Assembly (NCBI GenBank): GCA_964510805.1
Contig: CAZEDG010000004.1
Coordinates: 1-59,654, forward strand
Reading direction: 5' to 3'
DNA: 59,654 bases
From: an uncultured Candidatus Saccharibacteria bacterium
GTDB lineage: Bacteria > Patescibacteriota > Minisyncoccia > Phycocordibacterales > UBA5272
Positions 1 through 8,454 of this stretch are shown here, one piece after another. The notes beneath the pieces were generated by a model, which saw only the letters and a program-made list of their open reading frames with translations, searched no databases and had not been told where the DNA came from. Each line of letters begins with the position of its first letter. Position 1 is the stretch's first letter. Made by a program: the position numbers and the translations under genes.

Positions 1-2105
1 CCAAGAACAACCCAATCTTGATTGGTGAAGCAGGTACCGGTAAAACTGCTGTTGTCGAAGGTCTTGCGATTCGTATGGCAAAAGGAGATGTACCTGAGTC
101 ACTCAAAGGCAAAGAACTAGTCTCTCTTGATCTTGGTATGCTTATTGCTGGAACTAAGTTTAGAGGTGAATTCGAAGAGCGTCTTAAGGCAATCATGAAA
201 GAGATTGAACGATCAGAAGGCGGGTTCATTCTTTTTATTGATGAGATACATACCATTGTTGGAGCAGGGGCAACCGAAGGTTCGGCAGATGCTGCGAATC
301 TTCTCAAGCCGGCACTTTCTCGAGGAGAGATACGTGCAATCGGTGCAACCACGCTTAAGGAGTATCAGAAGCATATAGAAAAAGACCCAGCGCTCGCAAG
401 AAGATTCCAGCCAGTGTTCGTCGAGGAACCTAATGAGTCAGACGCGCTTGCAATCTTGCGTGGACTTAAGGAGAAGTATGAACTTTTCCATGGCGTGCGT
501 ATTACTGATGATGCACTTGTCTCTGCGGTGAACCTTTCGACAAGATATATTACGTCACGATTTCTTCCTGATAAGGCGATAGATCTTATCGATGAAGCGG
601 CGTCATCGCTTCGTATTGCTCTTGAGAATAAGCCACCACTTCTCGAAGAAGCTCATCGTAAGATTATGCGTCTTGAGATTGAGAAAGAGGCGCTTACAAA
701 AGAGCTCGTTGCCGAAGATGATAAGGAAGATCTTGCAACAACTAAGAAGCGTATCTTGGTGATTGATGAAGAAATTGCAAATGTTAAAGAGCGTACACGG
801 GAGCTTGAACTTAAGTGGAAGAATGAGAAAAAAACAGTAAGTGAGATAAGTGAAATTAAGAAGTCACTTGAATCACTTCGTTCAGAAGCGGATAGTGCAG
901 AATTGCGTGCTGATCTTACTCGTGTCGCTGAGATTAGATACGGTCAGATACCAGAGCTTACAAAAGAACTTCATGAACGTCTTGAGAGACTTAAGAAACT
1001 TCAGAAAACAAGAAGAATTCTTAAAGAAGAAGTAACTGAAGAAGAAATCGCTTCAGTCGTTGCGAAGTGGACTGGTATTCCTGTTGTGAAGATGCTTGAA
1101 GAAGAAGAGGAGAAGCTTGCTCGTATGGAAGAAGAACTTGGTAAACGTGTGATTGGTCAAAGAGATCCTATCGTTAAGATTAGTGGTGCAGTAAGACGTA
1201 GTCGTGCTGGCATCAATGATCCGGGAAGACCAATTGGATCATTTATGTTTCTTGGACCAACAGGTGTTGGTAAAACAGAACTTACAAAAGCTCTTGCAGA
1301 GTTTATGTTCAACGATGAGAAAGCACTTATCAAGGTGGACATGAGTGAATACATGGAGAAGCATAGCACTTCCAAGCTTATCGGTTCACCTCCTGGATAT
1401 GTAGGCTATGAAGAGTCGGGGCAACTTACTGAAGCGGTCCGTCATAGACCGTACGCTGTAATTCTCTTTGATGAAGTAGAAAAGGCTCACCCAGAAGTAT
1501 TCAACCTTCTTCTTCAGGTACTTGATGAAGGGCGTCTTACTGATAGTAAAGGTCGGGTGGTTAATTTCAAGAATACTATTATCATCATGACCTCCAATAT
1601 CGGAAGTCAGTATATTCAGAAGATGGAGCAGATAGGTTTTTCTAGTCACCTCACTGAAGGCAATGAATACACTCAAGTAAAGAGTCGTGTCATGGACGCG
1701 GTAAAAGAGTTCTTCAAGCCTGAGTTTATTAACCGTCTCGATGAGACAATCATCTTCGACGTGCTGACGAAGGAAGAGATAACTTCTATTGTCTCGCTTC
1801 AAGTTGCTATTTTAGCTAAACGTCTTCTTGAAAAAGAAATTATTCTTGAAGTTACTGATGACGCGATTAGATATATTGGCGAGAAGTCATTCGATCCTCA
1901 TTATGGAGCGCGACCGATTAAGCGATTTATGCAGACACATATTCTTAACAAGATTGCAACGCTTATGCTTACCAAGAAGTTTGTTAAAGGTGGTATTGCA
2001 GAAGTTTCTCTTGATAAAAAAGGAGAACTTCAGGTGGAAGCTAAGCGTCCTCGCAAGATACTCAGTCCTCTTGCTACCCAGAATCAGATAACAGAGCACA
2101 GATAA
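1..2105 (+). CDS. clpB: Chaperone ClpB (Hsp100), 5'-truncated by the window edge. The reading frame is already open at position 3 ([15 protein letters not shown]).
   Basis: Walker A GEAGTGKT, coiled-coil middle domain, second AAA+ module (GPTGVGKTE) and a C-terminal domain are all present. The stop codon is at 2103-2105. Confidence 0.9.
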   Translation, partial: KNNPILIGEAGTGKTAVVEGLAIRMAKGDVPESLKGKELVSLDLGMLIAGTKFRGEFEERLKAIMKEIERSEGGFILFIDEIHTIVGAGATEGSADAANLLKPALSRGEIRAIGATTLKEYQKHIEKDPALARRFQPVFVEEPNESDALAILRGLKEKYELFHGVRITDDALVSAVNLSTRYITSRFLPDKAIDLIDEAASSLRIALENKPPLLEEAHRKIMRLEIEKEALTKELVAEDDKEDLATTKKRILVIDEEIANVKERTRELELKWKNEKKTVSEISEIKKSLESLRSEADSAELRADLTRVAEIRYGQIPELTKELHERLERLKKLQKTRRILKEEVTEEEIASVVAKWTGIPVVKMLEEEEEKLARMEEELGKRVIGQRDPIVKISGAVRRSRAGINDPGRPIGSFMFLGPTGVGKTELTKALAEFMFNDEKALIKVDMSEYMEKHSTSKLIGSPPGYVGYEESGQLTEAVRHRPYAVILFDEVEKAHPEVFNLLLQVLDEGRLTDSKGRVVNFKNTIIIMTSNIGSQYIQKMEQIGFSSHLTEGNEYTQVKSRVMDAVKEFFKPEFINRLDETIIFDVLTKEEITSIVSLQVAILAKRLLEKEIILEVTDDAIRYIGEKSFDPHYGARPIKRFMQTHILNKIATLMLTKKFVKGGIAEVSLDKKGELQVEAKRPRKILSPLATQNQITEHR

Positions 2106-2137
2106 AAAGATAACAGAGCACAGATAATAAGACGACA

Positions 2138-2180
2138 GACATAACAAGAGCGACGCCTGTGGCGTCGCTCTTGTTATGTC
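2138..2180 (+). terminator. Perfect 20-bp-stem hairpin (GACATAACAAGAGCGACGCC / GGCGTCGCTCTTGTTATGTC) just downstream of clpB, with no clear U-tract. It forms the core of a palindromic intergenic repeat.
   Basis: The inverted repeat was read directly from the sequence. It is flanked by the direct repeats ACAGAGCACAGATAA at 2090-2104 and 2113-2127. Confidence 0.5.
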
Positions 2181-2300
2181 TAGTATCTGTAAACGAAGTG
2201 GTCTGTACTCTGTTGTCTATTTGTTTGCTATACTTACCCTCAAGTGTTCTTTGTTTAAAGAACGTTCGCATAATTTCAACTAAGTTCAAGGAGGATAATC

Positions 2301-3293
2301 GTGGACTTCGGAATCAATTCACCTCTTGATTTTTTATTGTTTGTGGTGACGGTTGCTTTTTATATCATCACCACGGCAACGTTTAATCTTGAAAAAGTAA
2401 CCAAGCATCATCGTGAAGCAATCCGCACTCAAGAAGGTGTAAAAGCCGAGAAGAAAATATTTGCAGGAGAGATGTTCGGTAATTTCCTAAGATGTCTCCT
2501 GATAGTATTCACCTTCCATGCGCTTGCTGTATTTCCTAACTTAGCGTATATCTCTTCCTCCCTGCTTTTCTTTTTTGCTTGGCGTTCAGTGTACAACGTC
2601 GAGTACTCAACGTGGGGGAAAATGGGTAAGATGTACCCTTCTTCGCAAGCGCTTACGGTGATTGCGCTTGCAGAAGTAGCCTGTAACGTGGACACAATTG
2701 TAGCCACCACAGTTGACGCGTCTCTTGCTCCTCTTATTACAGCTCTTCTTGTCTACTTCGTATTTTTTTCTGCGATAGAAGGGCTTGAGGTTGGGAGAAG
2801 GTTGATTACTTACACGCAAGGATTCATTCTTCTTATTGATCATCCAAACAAGAGAACTTCAGAAGGAAGAAAAATAAATCTGCTCACAGGGAGAGTGCTT
2901 CATGTAATGGCGAACTTCCTCCTGCTTCTTGTTATGGTATGCATGATTCCCTCAGTGCGTCCACTTATCGGAATCAAGCGACTCCTTAGTCGTAATGATT
3001 TTGGAGAGCTTATAACAGGGGTATGGACGTTTATCCTTATCATGCTTGGTGTTACGGTTTTGTTCCAAGCGCCATATGTGATCAAGATCACAACGAGCCA
3101 GGCACTCTTTTTGCAACAGTTCTTGAGTGAGTATGTGACAGGGGTGTCACTTGAGATTGCCAGAGGTGTACTCAAGTGGTATGTTGGTTTGTTTGTTGCA
3201 AGCTGTTGTGCGTTCTGGTATGCGCCTGTGATTGAGAGGCGGTCACTTGCAAAACAAAAAAGTAACGTGGTTCCTCTTAGAAAAACTGCATAA
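2301..3293 (+). CDS. Polytopic integral membrane protein of unknown function, starting at a GTG codon.
   Basis: A 330-aa ORF with multiple long hydrophobic segments. AAGGAGG lies 6 nt upstream of the GTG. Confidence 0.6.
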   Translation: MDFGINSPLDFLLFVVTVAFYIITTATFNLEKVTKHHREAIRTQEGVKAEKKIFAGEMFGNFLRCLLIVFTFHALAVFPNLAYISSSLLFFFAWRSVYNVEYSTWGKMGKMYPSSQALTVIALAEVACNVDTIVATTVDASLAPLITALLVYFVFFSAIEGLEVGRRLITYTQGFILLIDHPNKRTSEGRKINLLTGRVLHVMANFLLLLVMVCMIPSVRPLIGIKRLLSRNDFGELITGVWTFILIMLGVTVLFQAPYVIKITTSQALFLQQFLSEYVTGVSLEIARGVLKWYVGLFVASCCAFWYAPVIERRSLAKQKSNVVPLRKTA

Positions 3294-3306
3294 GCATTTT
3301 CTTCGA

Positions 3307-3345
3307 CCGCTCCTTGCATATTAAGGAGCGGTTTTGTTTTTATTT
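3307..3345 (+). terminator. Rho-independent terminator.
   Basis: CCGCTCCTT / AAGGAGCGG stem followed by a T-tract. Confidence 0.7.
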
Positions 3346-3397
3346 TTATGTTATTATGTAAATAAACAGAATATTACTCTGTTCATTATTTATTTTT

Positions 3398-3772
3398 ATG
3401 AAAACAAAAGAAAAAGGAGATCTTGCAGTAGGAAAAGCTATAAGTTTTTTTATTTCAAAAGGATATGAAGTTTGTTTGCCTATAGGAGATAAACGTGACT
3501 ATGATCTCATTGTTGAAAAAAATGGTCATTTACAAAAAGTGCAAGTAAAGTTCGCAGGATTATATACAAGGGGTAATGTGTGTAAGGTTGGTTTAAGGAT
3601 AACAGGAGGGAATCAATCATTTACACATTCAAAAAAATACAAAGATACTTCTTTCGATCTTCTTTTTATTTATACTGAAAAGGGTGAGCAGTACTTAGTT
3701 CCGTGGAAGGAAATCACATTTAGGAATGAGTTGTCAATTGAAACAAAAAAGTATATAATGTACAAGCAATAA
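3398..3772 (+). CDS. Small PD-(D/E)XK-fold endonuclease-like protein (YraN/Hjc-like).
   Basis: The pattern GDLAVGKAISFFISKGYEV...DYDLIVEKNGHLQKVQVK matches the YraN/Hjc layout (G..AE..A...L...GY...DxDLI....+..VEVK). It ends 5 nt before the tRNA. Confidence 0.5.
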   Translation: MKTKEKGDLAVGKAISFFISKGYEVCLPIGDKRDYDLIVEKNGHLQKVQVKFAGLYTRGNVCKVGLRITGGNQSFTHSKKYKDTSFDLLFIYTEKGEQYLVPWKEITFRNELSIETKKYIMYKQ

Positions 3773-3776
3773 AATC

Positions 3777-3863
3777 GCGTAGATGGTGGAGTGGCCAATC
3801 ACAATTGACTGTAAATCAATCGCCCTTCGGGCTTCGCTGGTTCGAATCCAGCTCTACGCACCA
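3777..3863 (+). tRNA. tRNA-Tyr (anticodon GTA). It is class II with a long variable arm, and the CCA end is encoded.
   Basis: Acceptor GCGTAGA/TCTACGC. Anticodon stem ATTGA/TCAAT with loop CTGTAAA. Variable-arm hairpin GCCCTTCGGGC. T-arm GCTGG-TTCGAAT-CCAGC, then discriminator A and CCA. Confidence 0.9.
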
Positions 3864-3866
3864 TAT

Positions 3867-3893
3867 GAAAAAGCGCCATCAAGGCGTCTTTTT
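3867..3893. terminator. Bidirectional hairpin terminator after the tRNA.
   Basis: AAAAAGCGCC-atcaa-GGCGtCTTTTT. Confidence 0.6.
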
Positions 3894-3901
3894 CGTATGA
3901 T

Positions 3902-3955
3902 GCGTAGAGCAGTAACAACATAGGGATGTTGTTACGGTGGGTTCGAACGAAAAAG
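3902..3955 (+). other. tRNA-like remnant. It has a copy of the tRNA-Tyr 5' acceptor strand (GCGTAGAG), an 8-bp hairpin and a T-arm-like GGGTTCGAAC, but no 3' acceptor strand.
   Basis: Sequence similarity to elements of the adjacent tRNA. Confidence 0.3.
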
Positions 3956-4094
3956 CGGTATACGAAAATAATACAAGAAAAGTTTTATTCCTGACTTTTC
4001 TTGTCATATTTTTGTCGCTTTTTCCCGGGGTCGAGGCTACGTGCCGAGATGATAAAAGCAGAGCTTTTAGAAGCGAGCCGTAGCGGTGACCGAA

Positions 4095-4111
4095 AATCCA
4101 GCTCTACGCAC
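4095..4111 (+). repeat. Direct copy of the tRNA-Tyr 3' end (AATCCAGCTCTACGCAC), att-core-like.
   Basis: A 17-nt match to 3846-3862. Confidence 0.7.
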
Positions 4112-4422
4112 ATTAACAAAAATGAACAGGTCTTTTATAGACCTGTCATTTTTGTATGTGCGTAGAGAGAAAGCCAACTGCTTGGCTTTCGTCTGGATTC
4201 GAAGTCCACAGTGATGTTTCGCTAGCAAACGAAACCACGAGGAGCCGGCCCTGGAGAAATTTTTGTGACGACAAAAATTTACTTGTGGGCGAATCCTCCA
4301 TTTTGATTCTGGGTTCGAACCAGGAAAGGGGTCGGGAAAACGTGTTTAGTTTTTCCCGTGGCGGAAGAATGGAAACCGAGGGGTTTCCAAACCGCACGCA
4401 ACGAAGTGAGGAAGGTTGTGAG

Positions 4423-4440
4423 ATTCCCAGCTCTACGCAC
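4423..4440 (+). repeat. Second direct copy of the tRNA-Tyr 3' end (ATTCCCAGCTCTACGCAC).
   Basis: Match to the tRNA T-stem and acceptor 3' strand. Confidence 0.7.
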
Positions 4441-4499
4441 AAAATAAGTTTCACTAAAAATCTCCTAAAACAAGGGTGTTTTTAGTTTTAACAAAATGC

Positions 4500-4528
4500 T
4501 TGACAAAGTTTTTTGTATGCGCTATAAT
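4500..4528 (+). promoter_or_regulatory. Consensus sigma70 promoter: TTGACA, a 17-nt spacer, then TATAAT.
   Basis: Exact hexamers with canonical spacing. Confidence 0.6.
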
Positions 4529-4534
4529 ATGGTG

Positions 4535-4622
4535 GCACGTCAGCCTGATGACCGAAAGAGGGAAACCTCCTGGTTTAAAAAACAGGCCGCCACTTCACCT
4601 TCGGAGTGGCGTTTTCTTTTTT
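4535..4622 (+). ncRNA. Candidate small RNA of about 85 nt running from the promoter above to an intrinsic terminator (GCCACT...AGTGGC plus a U-tract at 4589-4622).
   Basis: The promoter and terminator bracket a region with no ORF. Internal hairpins include GUCA..UGAC and GAGG-GAAA-CCUC. A single-stranded CCUCCU is present. Confidence 0.35.
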
Positions 4623-5012
4623 ATAATTTATTAAATTCGGTATATACGGAATCATTTTAGATTTCATCAATTCAGTTCGAACATTTTCTATTACTGTGCA
4701 CATTAACAAAAATGAACAGGTCTTTTATAGACCTGTCATTTTTGTATGTGCGTAGAGAGAAAGCCAACTGCTTGGCTTTCGTCTGGATTCGAAGTCCACA
4801 GTGATGTTTCGCTAGCAAACGAAACCACGAGGAGCCGGCCCTGGAGAAATTTTTGTGACGACAAAAATTTACTTGTGGGCGAATCCTCCATTTTGATTCT
4901 GGGTTCGAACCAGGAAAGGGGTCGGGAAAACGTGTTTAGTTTTTCCCGTGGCGGAAGAATGGAAACCGAGGGGTTTCCAAACCGCACGCAACGAAGTGAG
5001 GAAGGTTGTGAG

Positions 5013-5030
5013 ATTCCCAGCTCTACGCAT
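5013..5030 (+). repeat. Third direct copy of the tRNA-Tyr 3' end (ATTCCCAGCTCTACGCAT).
   Basis: Match to the tRNA 3' end. Confidence 0.7.
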
Positions 5031-5091
5031 CAAATAGTTTTCACTAAAAATCTCCTGTAAAAGCAGGGGATTTTTAGTTCTAGCAAAATAC

Positions 5092-5119
5092 TTGACAAAT
5101 ATTTTGTATTTGATATAAT
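5092..5119 (+). promoter_or_regulatory. Consensus sigma70 promoter: TTGACA, a 16-nt spacer, then TATAAT.
   Basis: Exact hexamers. Confidence 0.6.
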
Positions 5120-5125
5120 AGAAAT

Positions 5126-5189
5126 ATAAGGTGGCCTGAAGAAAAGTCCACCATAACATGGCCCGCAACTCGTTGCGGGCCTCTTTTTA
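5126..5189 (+). ncRNA. Candidate small RNA of about 60 nt ending at the intrinsic terminator GGCCCGCAA-CUCG-UUGCGGGCC plus a U-tract.
   Basis: Promoter and terminator pair with no ORF between them. It is paralogous in position to 4535-4622. Confidence 0.3.
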
Positions 5190-5316
5190 TCGAAAATTCT
5201 TGAGATTCGGCATATACGGAATCATTTTAGATTTCATCAATTCAGTTCTAACTTCGTCCACTACAGCGAGCATAAAGTAAATTTTCAGTAAGATCTCCTT
5301 TTTCCTGAAGTTTTTA

Positions 5317-5353
5317 CTACACTATAATTGACTTTGTGTCAATTATAGTGTAG
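5317..5353. promoter_or_regulatory. Perfect palindrome with 16-bp arms (CTACACTATAATTGAC, spacer tttgt, GTCAATTATAGTGTAG). Each arm embeds a TATAAT. It is an operator or divergent-promoter candidate.
   Basis: Exact reverse complementarity was read from the sequence. It lies 50 bp upstream of the 5402 gene. Confidence 0.6.
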
Positions 5354-5401
5354 TATATTTTTGTTGTACTTTTGCAACGTACAAGTAATCAGGAGTTGCG
5401 T

Positions 5402-5686
5402 ATGTCTTCCAACAAGCAAGAGCTCTCTACTCGTTCTGTTCGAGTGGGTAATATTTCTTTTCTTGTTCCGCCATATATTTACCGTATGAACAAAGGATGG
5501 TGCTTGATGTATCCGGGGTATCACTCTGTCTTTTTTGCTGATAACACCTACGGAGCGTCACTGTGGTCACTTCGAGCTTGTATTGACTGCAAGCTCGAGT
5601 TGCTCCGACAAAAACATGGTCGTCTTCCTTATGGACAAGGTAAGGCCCACAACGATGCCTTGATGTCGTATAAGAAGATTGCGTAA
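5402..5686 (+). CDS. Hypothetical 94-aa protein.
   Basis: AGGAG sits 7 nt upstream of the ATG at 5402. A terminator follows. Confidence 0.5.
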   Translation: MSSNKQELSTRSVRVGNISFLVPPYIYRMNKGWCLMYPGYHSVFFADNTYGASLWSLRACIDCKLELLRQKHGRLPYGQGKAHNDALMSYKKIA

Positions 5687-5726
5687 CAAGAAAGAGAAAG
5701 TAACACGAGTTCTTTCTCCTTAATTA

Positions 5727-5769
5727 CACCCCTCGAGATTTTTCTTCGGGGGGTGTTTTGCTTTTTTAT
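5727..5769 (+). terminator. Intrinsic terminator (CACCCC...GGGGGGTG plus a T-tract).
   Basis: Hairpin plus T-run. Confidence 0.6.
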
Positions 5770-5810
5770 GCTACACTAAAATTATCTATTAGAAGTAACT
5801 GCGAAACTAT

Positions 5811-6284
5811 ATGATACCAAGAAATCCAATTGGAATGAATCCTGGAAATTTACCAGAAAATCCAGCTAGAGACAATCACGCTTTTGTAAGAGAGGTTCAA
5901 CATATTGAAGATCATGGAGAAGAACCTAATGTGCTTGATAGGGCTCTTATGAGTCCGGAAGTTACTGCAAAAATCTTAACAAGAGAGTTAGATGGAATGG
6001 CTCATGTTGTTGCTAGTATTTTTATATTACTTGGTGAAAAAGGAATCGACTTGTATGACAATTCAAAGGGAGCACAAGAGGCTAGAGAGGTGCTTAGATC
6101 TTTTGAGATAGACGGCGATTTGTTGACACGGTTACTTGAAACAAGAGATGCATTAAGATCTGTCGAAGAGTTTTTACGAAAGCAGATGCCTCATCGAGAG
6201 TATATTGCAAGAGTGTTGCCAGAAGTTGAACGATATCAAAGCGCTGTAACTGCAGATAATAATAGTAGTCGTAAGGCTGGCTAG
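5811..6284 (+). CDS. Hypothetical acidic 157-aa protein, the first gene of a low-GC four-gene operon.
   Basis: ORF with 27-42-bp gaps to the following genes. Confidence 0.5.
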   Translation: MIPRNPIGMNPGNLPENPARDNHAFVREVQHIEDHGEEPNVLDRALMSPEVTAKILTRELDGMAHVVASIFILLGEKGIDLYDNSKGAQEAREVLRSFEIDGDLLTRLLETRDALRSVEEFLRKQMPHREYIARVLPEVERYQSAVTADNNSSRKAG

Positions 6285-6311
6285 TGGTAGAAAGTTGGAT
6301 AGTAGATAACC

Positions 6312-8420
6312 ATGTTCGAAGAATTTTCTCCTAAACCAGATTCGGTAGTTAATGATTCTATTCCTGATCCCCAAGCACAACCACAACTTTCTTATGAAGA
6401 GCGAATGCAACAACTTGAGGAAAGATTTAGTGTTGGTGTTCCTAAGCAAAAAATTAAAGAAGGTTATCAGACAGCAAGTCAGTTATATAAAGTTTTAAAT
6501 TCTTCTCCTGAAACTATTAGATTTATTGTTGAAGGTCTTAGAAAAAATCCCTTACTTGAAGAAGAAATACAAAAAAATGCAAAAAGTGGACCCAATAAAC
6601 CAACAGAAGCATACTCTCCGTTACTTGTTGAAAAGATTAGAGAAAAACTTAAAGAGAAACGTGAAGATAATATAATTAAAGAAGGATACAAGACAGCAAA
6701 TAAGTTTAGTACTATTTTAAAAAAAGATCCGAAGATAATTAAATCAACTGTTGCAACACTGCTTGCTAATGATCCGACACTTGAAGGTCAGATACAAAGA
6801 GGTGCAAGAACCGGAAGTCAAACAGACGATGCATATTCCCCAATATTGTTACAACTCATTGCAGATCAGTTTCCTCTATTAATGAAAAAAGGGTATTTAA
6901 AGTCAAAAAAACTTGGAGAGATTCTCGGGTATCATGACAAGACGATTAAATTAACGGTAAAAAAAATACTTAAGGAAAACCCATTACTTAAATCTGAGAT
7001 ACAAGAAAATGCAAGAGATGGAGGCTCTCCATCAGAAGCCTACTCTCCATTTTTAATCGAAAAAATTAAACAATTGTTAGATGGTTTAAATCCTAAGGAA
7101 GGATATATGACAGCAAGTCAGATACGTTACCATCTTGGCGCTGCCGTGCCTACAATTGAAAGTGCGATAGAAACGGTTAAATTTACAAGACCGGATTTAG
7201 TATCTCATGTACAAGAAATTGTAATGAGTGGAAAGAAAAAACGTAGCGCTTACTCACCTTTGTTTGTAGATGAAATTAGAAAAGTAATTAAATCTAGAGA
7301 TGTTAATCAAGGGTATTTAACTGTAAAAAAAATAGCACCACTTTTAAATTCCACTAGACAAACTATTGAGTTTATTGTTAAAGAGATCCTTAAAGAAGAT
7401 AAATTTCTAGAAAGAGAGATACAAACAAGAAATATAAAATGGGGCTCAGGAAAATCTCCCGATGCGTATTCTCCTTTTTTTATTGAAAGGATTAGAGAGA
7501 AATTAAATCTAAGTCGTAAGCAGAATATGATTAAGGATGGGTATCAGACAGCAAATGGATTACAAAATATTTTAAATAGTAATTCGAAAACCATTAAAAC
7601 AATAGTTGGAAAACTGTGCATAGATGTACCTCAGTATGAACAAGAAGTGCAAAGGAATGCAAAAATCTACAATAGATTTATTTCGGATGCATATTCTCCA
7701 CTTCTGGTTGAAAAAATTAGAGAAAAACTTAAGGAATCTGAACCTAAAATTCTTACTGTAAATCGTGGTTATATATTTCAGTACTCACTAGAACTCATTC
7801 TTAAACTTGTCGGTAATACAAATATTTTTGTTGAAAAAACCATTAAGATACAAGGAAGAAAAGGTAGCCACAGACCAGATCTGATGCACGTATCTTCTGA
7901 TGATCAAAAAGTAACTATCTTTGATATTAAGTTACAGACAACGACAATAGGTATAGAAAATGATATTGAAAATTATTCGCAATATATTAATGACAAATAT
8001 CCACAAGGTGGTAACTTGGTGTTTCTCTGTCTTAATGGGCCAGAAATTGGGAAAGAAGCTCTAGAAGGAAAAGAAAAAGTGACGGTACGGTATTATCATG
8101 CGCTTGATTTTATTGATAGATTGCTTGATAACTCACGCAATAAATTTCTATTACGCACCCTTAGAGGGAAAGAGAATGACAGTTTATCTGACACAGAACC
8201 TCTTACACCAGAAGAGATTACTAAGATAGAAGAAATTAAGTCACGATTACTTCTTCTAAGAGATCAAATACAGGGAAAAACTATTAACGGTGAGAATGGT
8301 GGTCCAGAACAAGTAGCAAAGAATACTCTCGCGTTAAGAACAAAATTAGGCCGTCTTGCAAAGAAGGCAACTAAAGAAGAGTTGTTACAACTTGATTACA
8401 CAACGTTGATGAATGTGTAG
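6312..8420 (+). CDS. 702-aa protein with six tandem ~70-aa repeats (consensus (K/Q)(E/D)GY.TA......TI...V.....E.Q.....G.....AYSP.L...I). The C-terminal domain carries a PD-(D/E)XK-like motif (RPDLMHV...IFDIK).
   Basis: The repeats are evident in the translation. The D...(D/E)xK spacing fits the restriction-endonuclease fold. Confidence 0.6.
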   Translation: MFEEFSPKPDSVVNDSIPDPQAQPQLSYEERMQQLEERFSVGVPKQKIKEGYQTASQLYKVLNSSPETIRFIVEGLRKNPLLEEEIQKNAKSGPNKPTEAYSPLLVEKIREKLKEKREDNIIKEGYKTANKFSTILKKDPKIIKSTVATLLANDPTLEGQIQRGARTGSQTDDAYSPILLQLIADQFPLLMKKGYLKSKKLGEILGYHDKTIKLTVKKILKENPLLKSEIQENARDGGSPSEAYSPFLIEKIKQLLDGLNPKEGYMTASQIRYHLGAAVPTIESAIETVKFTRPDLVSHVQEIVMSGKKKRSAYSPLFVDEIRKVIKSRDVNQGYLTVKKIAPLLNSTRQTIEFIVKEILKEDKFLEREIQTRNIKWGSGKSPDAYSPFFIERIREKLNLSRKQNMIKDGYQTANGLQNILNSNSKTIKTIVGKLCIDVPQYEQEVQRNAKIYNRFISDAYSPLLVEKIREKLKESEPKILTVNRGYIFQYSLELILKLVGNTNIFVEKTIKIQGRKGSHRPDLMHVSSDDQKVTIFDIKLQTTTIGIENDIENYSQYINDKYPQGGNLVFLCLNGPEIGKEALEGKEKVTVRYYHALDFIDRLLDNSRNKFLLRTLRGKENDSLSDTEPLTPEEITKIEEIKSRLLLLRDQIQGKTINGENGGPEQVAKNTLALRTKLGRLAKKATKEELLQLDYTTLMNV

Positions 8421-8454
8421 ATACTATGTGTATCACTTGCTATACTAAAACCAT

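Larger units (their letters stand above)
4108..4697 (+). repeat. Tandem repeat unit, copy 1 (590-bp period). The core 4108-4439 is identical to 4698-5029 and is dense in hairpins. An 11-bp TGTGCGTAGAG at 4157-4167 is the reverse complement of CTCTACGCACA at 4430-4440.
   Basis: Identity was read directly. The six-frame ORFs are identical in the two copies. Confidence 0.85.
4698..5280 (+). repeat. Tandem repeat unit, copy 2. The core 4698-5029 is identical to copy 1 and the distal part has diverged.
   Basis: Read directly from the sequence. Confidence 0.85.

Noticed and set aside
2900-3319. The minus-strand 139-aa ORF, and other short ORFs antisense to annotated genes (for example 1386..1802, 15755..16405, 17132..17734, 38728..39102, 45239..45769, 51087..51437).
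   Set aside because: They are fully embedded antisense within well-supported CDSs with recognisable homologs. They lack RBSs and have implausible compositions.
4146-5060. Identical ORF pairs on both strands of the tandem repeat: 4146..4454 and 4736..4987 on the minus strand, 4156..4485 and 4746..5060 on the plus strand, each about 83-109 aa.
   Set aside because: They overlap each other on opposite strands inside a GC-enriched, hairpin-saturated repeat that has tRNA-derived termini. They have no RBS, and one product begins MCVERKPTAWLS... with no protein-like pattern. They are best explained as structure-driven open frames, not genes.
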